A DNA stretch of 64,000 nt from Ascoidea asiatica JCM 7603 (lineage: Eukaryota > Fungi > Ascomycota). The stretch spans positions 1,966,615 to 2,030,614 of the forward strand of contig BCKQ01000001.1 of assembly GCA_001600695.1 (NCBI GenBank). The letters are read 5' to 3'. The notes beneath the pieces were generated by a model that was not told where the DNA came from, did no database searches, and worked only from the letters and a program-made list of their open reading frames with translations. This document shows positions 61,837-64,000 of the stretch, in pieces. How positions within the stretch are numbered: position 1 is the first letter of the stretch; each line of letters begins with the position of its first letter. The translations under genes and the position numbers were made by a program.

Positions 61837-62529
61837 GATGCAGTGATTTAGTATATTTGACACTTTCACAGTTGGATCTCTGATACGGTAACAAACAACA
61901 CCTTGATCCTCGCTCTCTCAGACTCTAAATTTAATTGCAGAAGGAGGCAGGCGGAGCAGGTGGCTGGACGTGGCTAATGGTGGCAGGGCTTATATCAAGT
62001 TCCAGTGGTGTGGTCTCAGTGCAGAGTGATGTAGACAATATGCACTACCAATCTTTCTACCATTAGAAGAAAAAATGATAGTAATCTTGCAAGATATTGC
62101 ACGAATTGCTTTTGAATTCATGAAGACAGTATTACAAGAAAGTGCTATATAAAGAAGAAGCTGAATATATATTGAATTGAGATTTTATCAGCAAATCAAT
62201 TAGTTTATTGTTTGATTATTCTTTTTGTGTATTTGATAGAAAGATAATCCGTTTTTGTCAGTGAAAAAAATGTATCACTAAACATTTTTTTTTTGAAAAT
62301 GACAATGATAAAAATTTACAGACTTGAAAATATAATAATAATAACTATATTATTCTATAGAAGTTTTAATAAATAAAAGAGGAGAAATAAAAGGGCAAAG
62401 TCAAGTAACTTATAAAATAAAGTTGTTTTTTTTAGAAAAGCAAAAATTTAAAAAATCAATATATAATTATTCATAAAAATTTCAATTAATAATGAAATGA
62501 AAAGAAATCGAGTTAATTCTTGAATTCTT

Positions 62530-63537
62530 TTAAAGAAGTAAACCAGCCATTAATGCAACAGATGCTCCCATACCAGCAGATTTAGCAACTAAACCACGAG
62601 CACCATTTTCACAATCCGATGTAGTAGTTGTTTTATCATCATCATCACCACAATCACTTGAAGTAGATGATTCTTCAGAAGCATATTTAGCATTATAAGC
62701 AAAATAATTTCCATTTTTTCCTTCTTCATCATCAACATTAGTTAATTCAACTTCTTCATCTTCTTCTTGATTTTCTTCTATTGACATATTATCACTCTGT
62801 GTTTCAATAGATTCTTGTTGTACTTCTTCTGCTCCTTCTTCAACTTCTTGATCTTGTCCTTCAATTTCTTCGAATTCTAATTCTTCATCTTCATCATCAT
62901 AATCTTCTAATTCAGATTCATTAATTTTATCAAGTGCAGATTTTTTTAAATTTCCATCAGAATCTAAATTAATTAATGATAATCTTTCAGCTTCTTCAAC
63001 AGATTCATCAACTAAATAAATATTTGAACAAGCAAATTTTTTCAATTTTTTTTTATAATGTAAAACAACTGAATGGCCAACAATATATGAAGGATCTTTT
63101 GGATCTAAAGATAAATAAGGATCATAATAAGATTGTTCAAAACATGTTGTATTTATCCAACCATGTTTACCACTTAAATCACCAACTTGACATTGACTAT
63201 CATTTTCAACAGAATCACAATCAGCAGGACCATTGAAAGGATTAAAATGTAAACCAGTGGCTTCACAATTACCATTAGAAGGAACAGCATTTTCATGAAT
63301 ATGATAATAAAAAGGACCTTTTCTTTTTGGTAATTTTGTTACATCAATATGAACTTTAACAGTACCATTAACAGCAAAAAATTTAACAATACCAGTTACT
63401 TTTTTATTTTTACCACTTGCAGGAAAATCAGCTCTTGCAACAACTCTTGGATTATTATGATATTCAGGAGCATAATCTGCAATAACAGTTGAAAGCCATA
63501 AAGCAATTGGTAATAAAACTTTTTTATTAAAAATCAT
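62530..63537 (-). CDS. SOD6: Extracellular GPI-anchored Cu-only superoxide dismutase (Sod4/5/6 family, Sod6-like)
   Basis: Signal peptide, GPFYYHIHE, GLHFNP, CQVGDLSGKHG, DPYLSL, SVVLH, acidic stalk, GPI-like C-terminus. Confidence 0.9.
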   Translation of the reverse strand: MIFNKKVLLPIALWLSTVIADYAPEYHNNPRVVARADFPASGKNKKVTGIVKFFAVNGTVKVHIDVTKLPKRKGPFYYHIHENAVPSNGNCEATGLHFNPFNGPADCDSVENDSQCQVGDLSGKHGWINTTCFEQSYYDPYLSLDPKDPSYIVGHSVVLHYKKKLKKFACSNIYLVDESVEEAERLSLINLDSDGNLKKSALDKINESELEDYDDEDEELEFEEIEGQDQEVEEGAEEVQQESIETQSDNMSIEENQEEDEEVELTNVDDEEGKNGNYFAYNAKYASEESSTSSDCGDDDDKTTTTSDCENGARGLVAKSAGMGASVALMAGLLL

Positions 63538-64000
63538 TTTTGTAAGAATTTTTTAAAGTTGAAAATTAATTAATTATAAAAATATAAATTAAAAAAAAAT
63601 GATAAGATGAATTAAGTAAATAAGTTTGTTAATTTCAGTTAATTGAGCTAATTTAACTAAGAATTTAATAATTAATTTGTAAATGATATAATTATTATTG
63701 ATGATCAATATTAATAGATTATAGTTAAATTGATAAAAGAAAATTAAAGTAAATTTAATTAAATTATTATTTTGGATAAAAAAAGTACATTATATTGTAA
63801 TATTGTCATATTCCCTGAAAAGTTAAAAGATCAAGATCTTTGTTATTTAGTAACACAAAAACAATATTCAAACTGGAATTGAGGCTAAGAGAATGAACAA
63901 AAAGAACATTATCGATAAAGAATACAGTTGATTACAAAAGAACTGAAGTAAAATAAGCAAAAATGAAGGAATTATGAGAAAGAAACTCTTTGTGGTTTAA

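Noticed and set aside
39861-63537. HAP43-MCA1-ZWF1-LAP3-SOD6 as a redox/stress gene cluster
   Set aside because: Interspersed with unrelated genes. ZWF1 and LAP3 are also near neighbours in S. cerevisiae, so ancestral synteny is sufficient.

Overview
Very AT-rich budding-yeast (Saccharomycotina) nuclear DNA. Poly-Asn insertions, near-absent CTG codons and a GTATGT/AACTAAC intron suggest an Ascoidea-like host; this is inference only. The window has two halves. (1) About 1-30 kb has no intact conserved gene and holds mobile-element and gene relics. These are: a decayed CMC (CACTA/EnSpm/Plavaka-like) transposase, a 21-bp phased repeat array, an orphan gene interrupted by a complete but dead Ty3/gypsy element (both LTRs, PBS, PPT, AAGCT TSD), a FAA2-like pseudogene, and a decayed Mutator (MULE-SWIM) transposase. 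The transposase is divergent from an intact small HTH+NLS+SUMO-interacting-motif ORF, which is followed by a ~220-bp inverted repeat around a ~1-kb core and then an F-box pseudogene. (2) About 30.8-64 kb is gene-dense: PPT1, APM1, tRNA-Cys, GAS5-like, MGM101, HAP43/HapX, MCA1, SGN1, ZWF1, LAP3, an unusual 1879-aa Ile/Pro-repeat surface protein, intron-containing YIP3 and a Cu-only SOD6. The best candidates for something undescribed are the MULE + HTH/SIM accessory gene + long inverted repeat module (20.8-25.1 kb) and the CMC-type transposase relic. All family calls come from manual motif recognition, not database searches.
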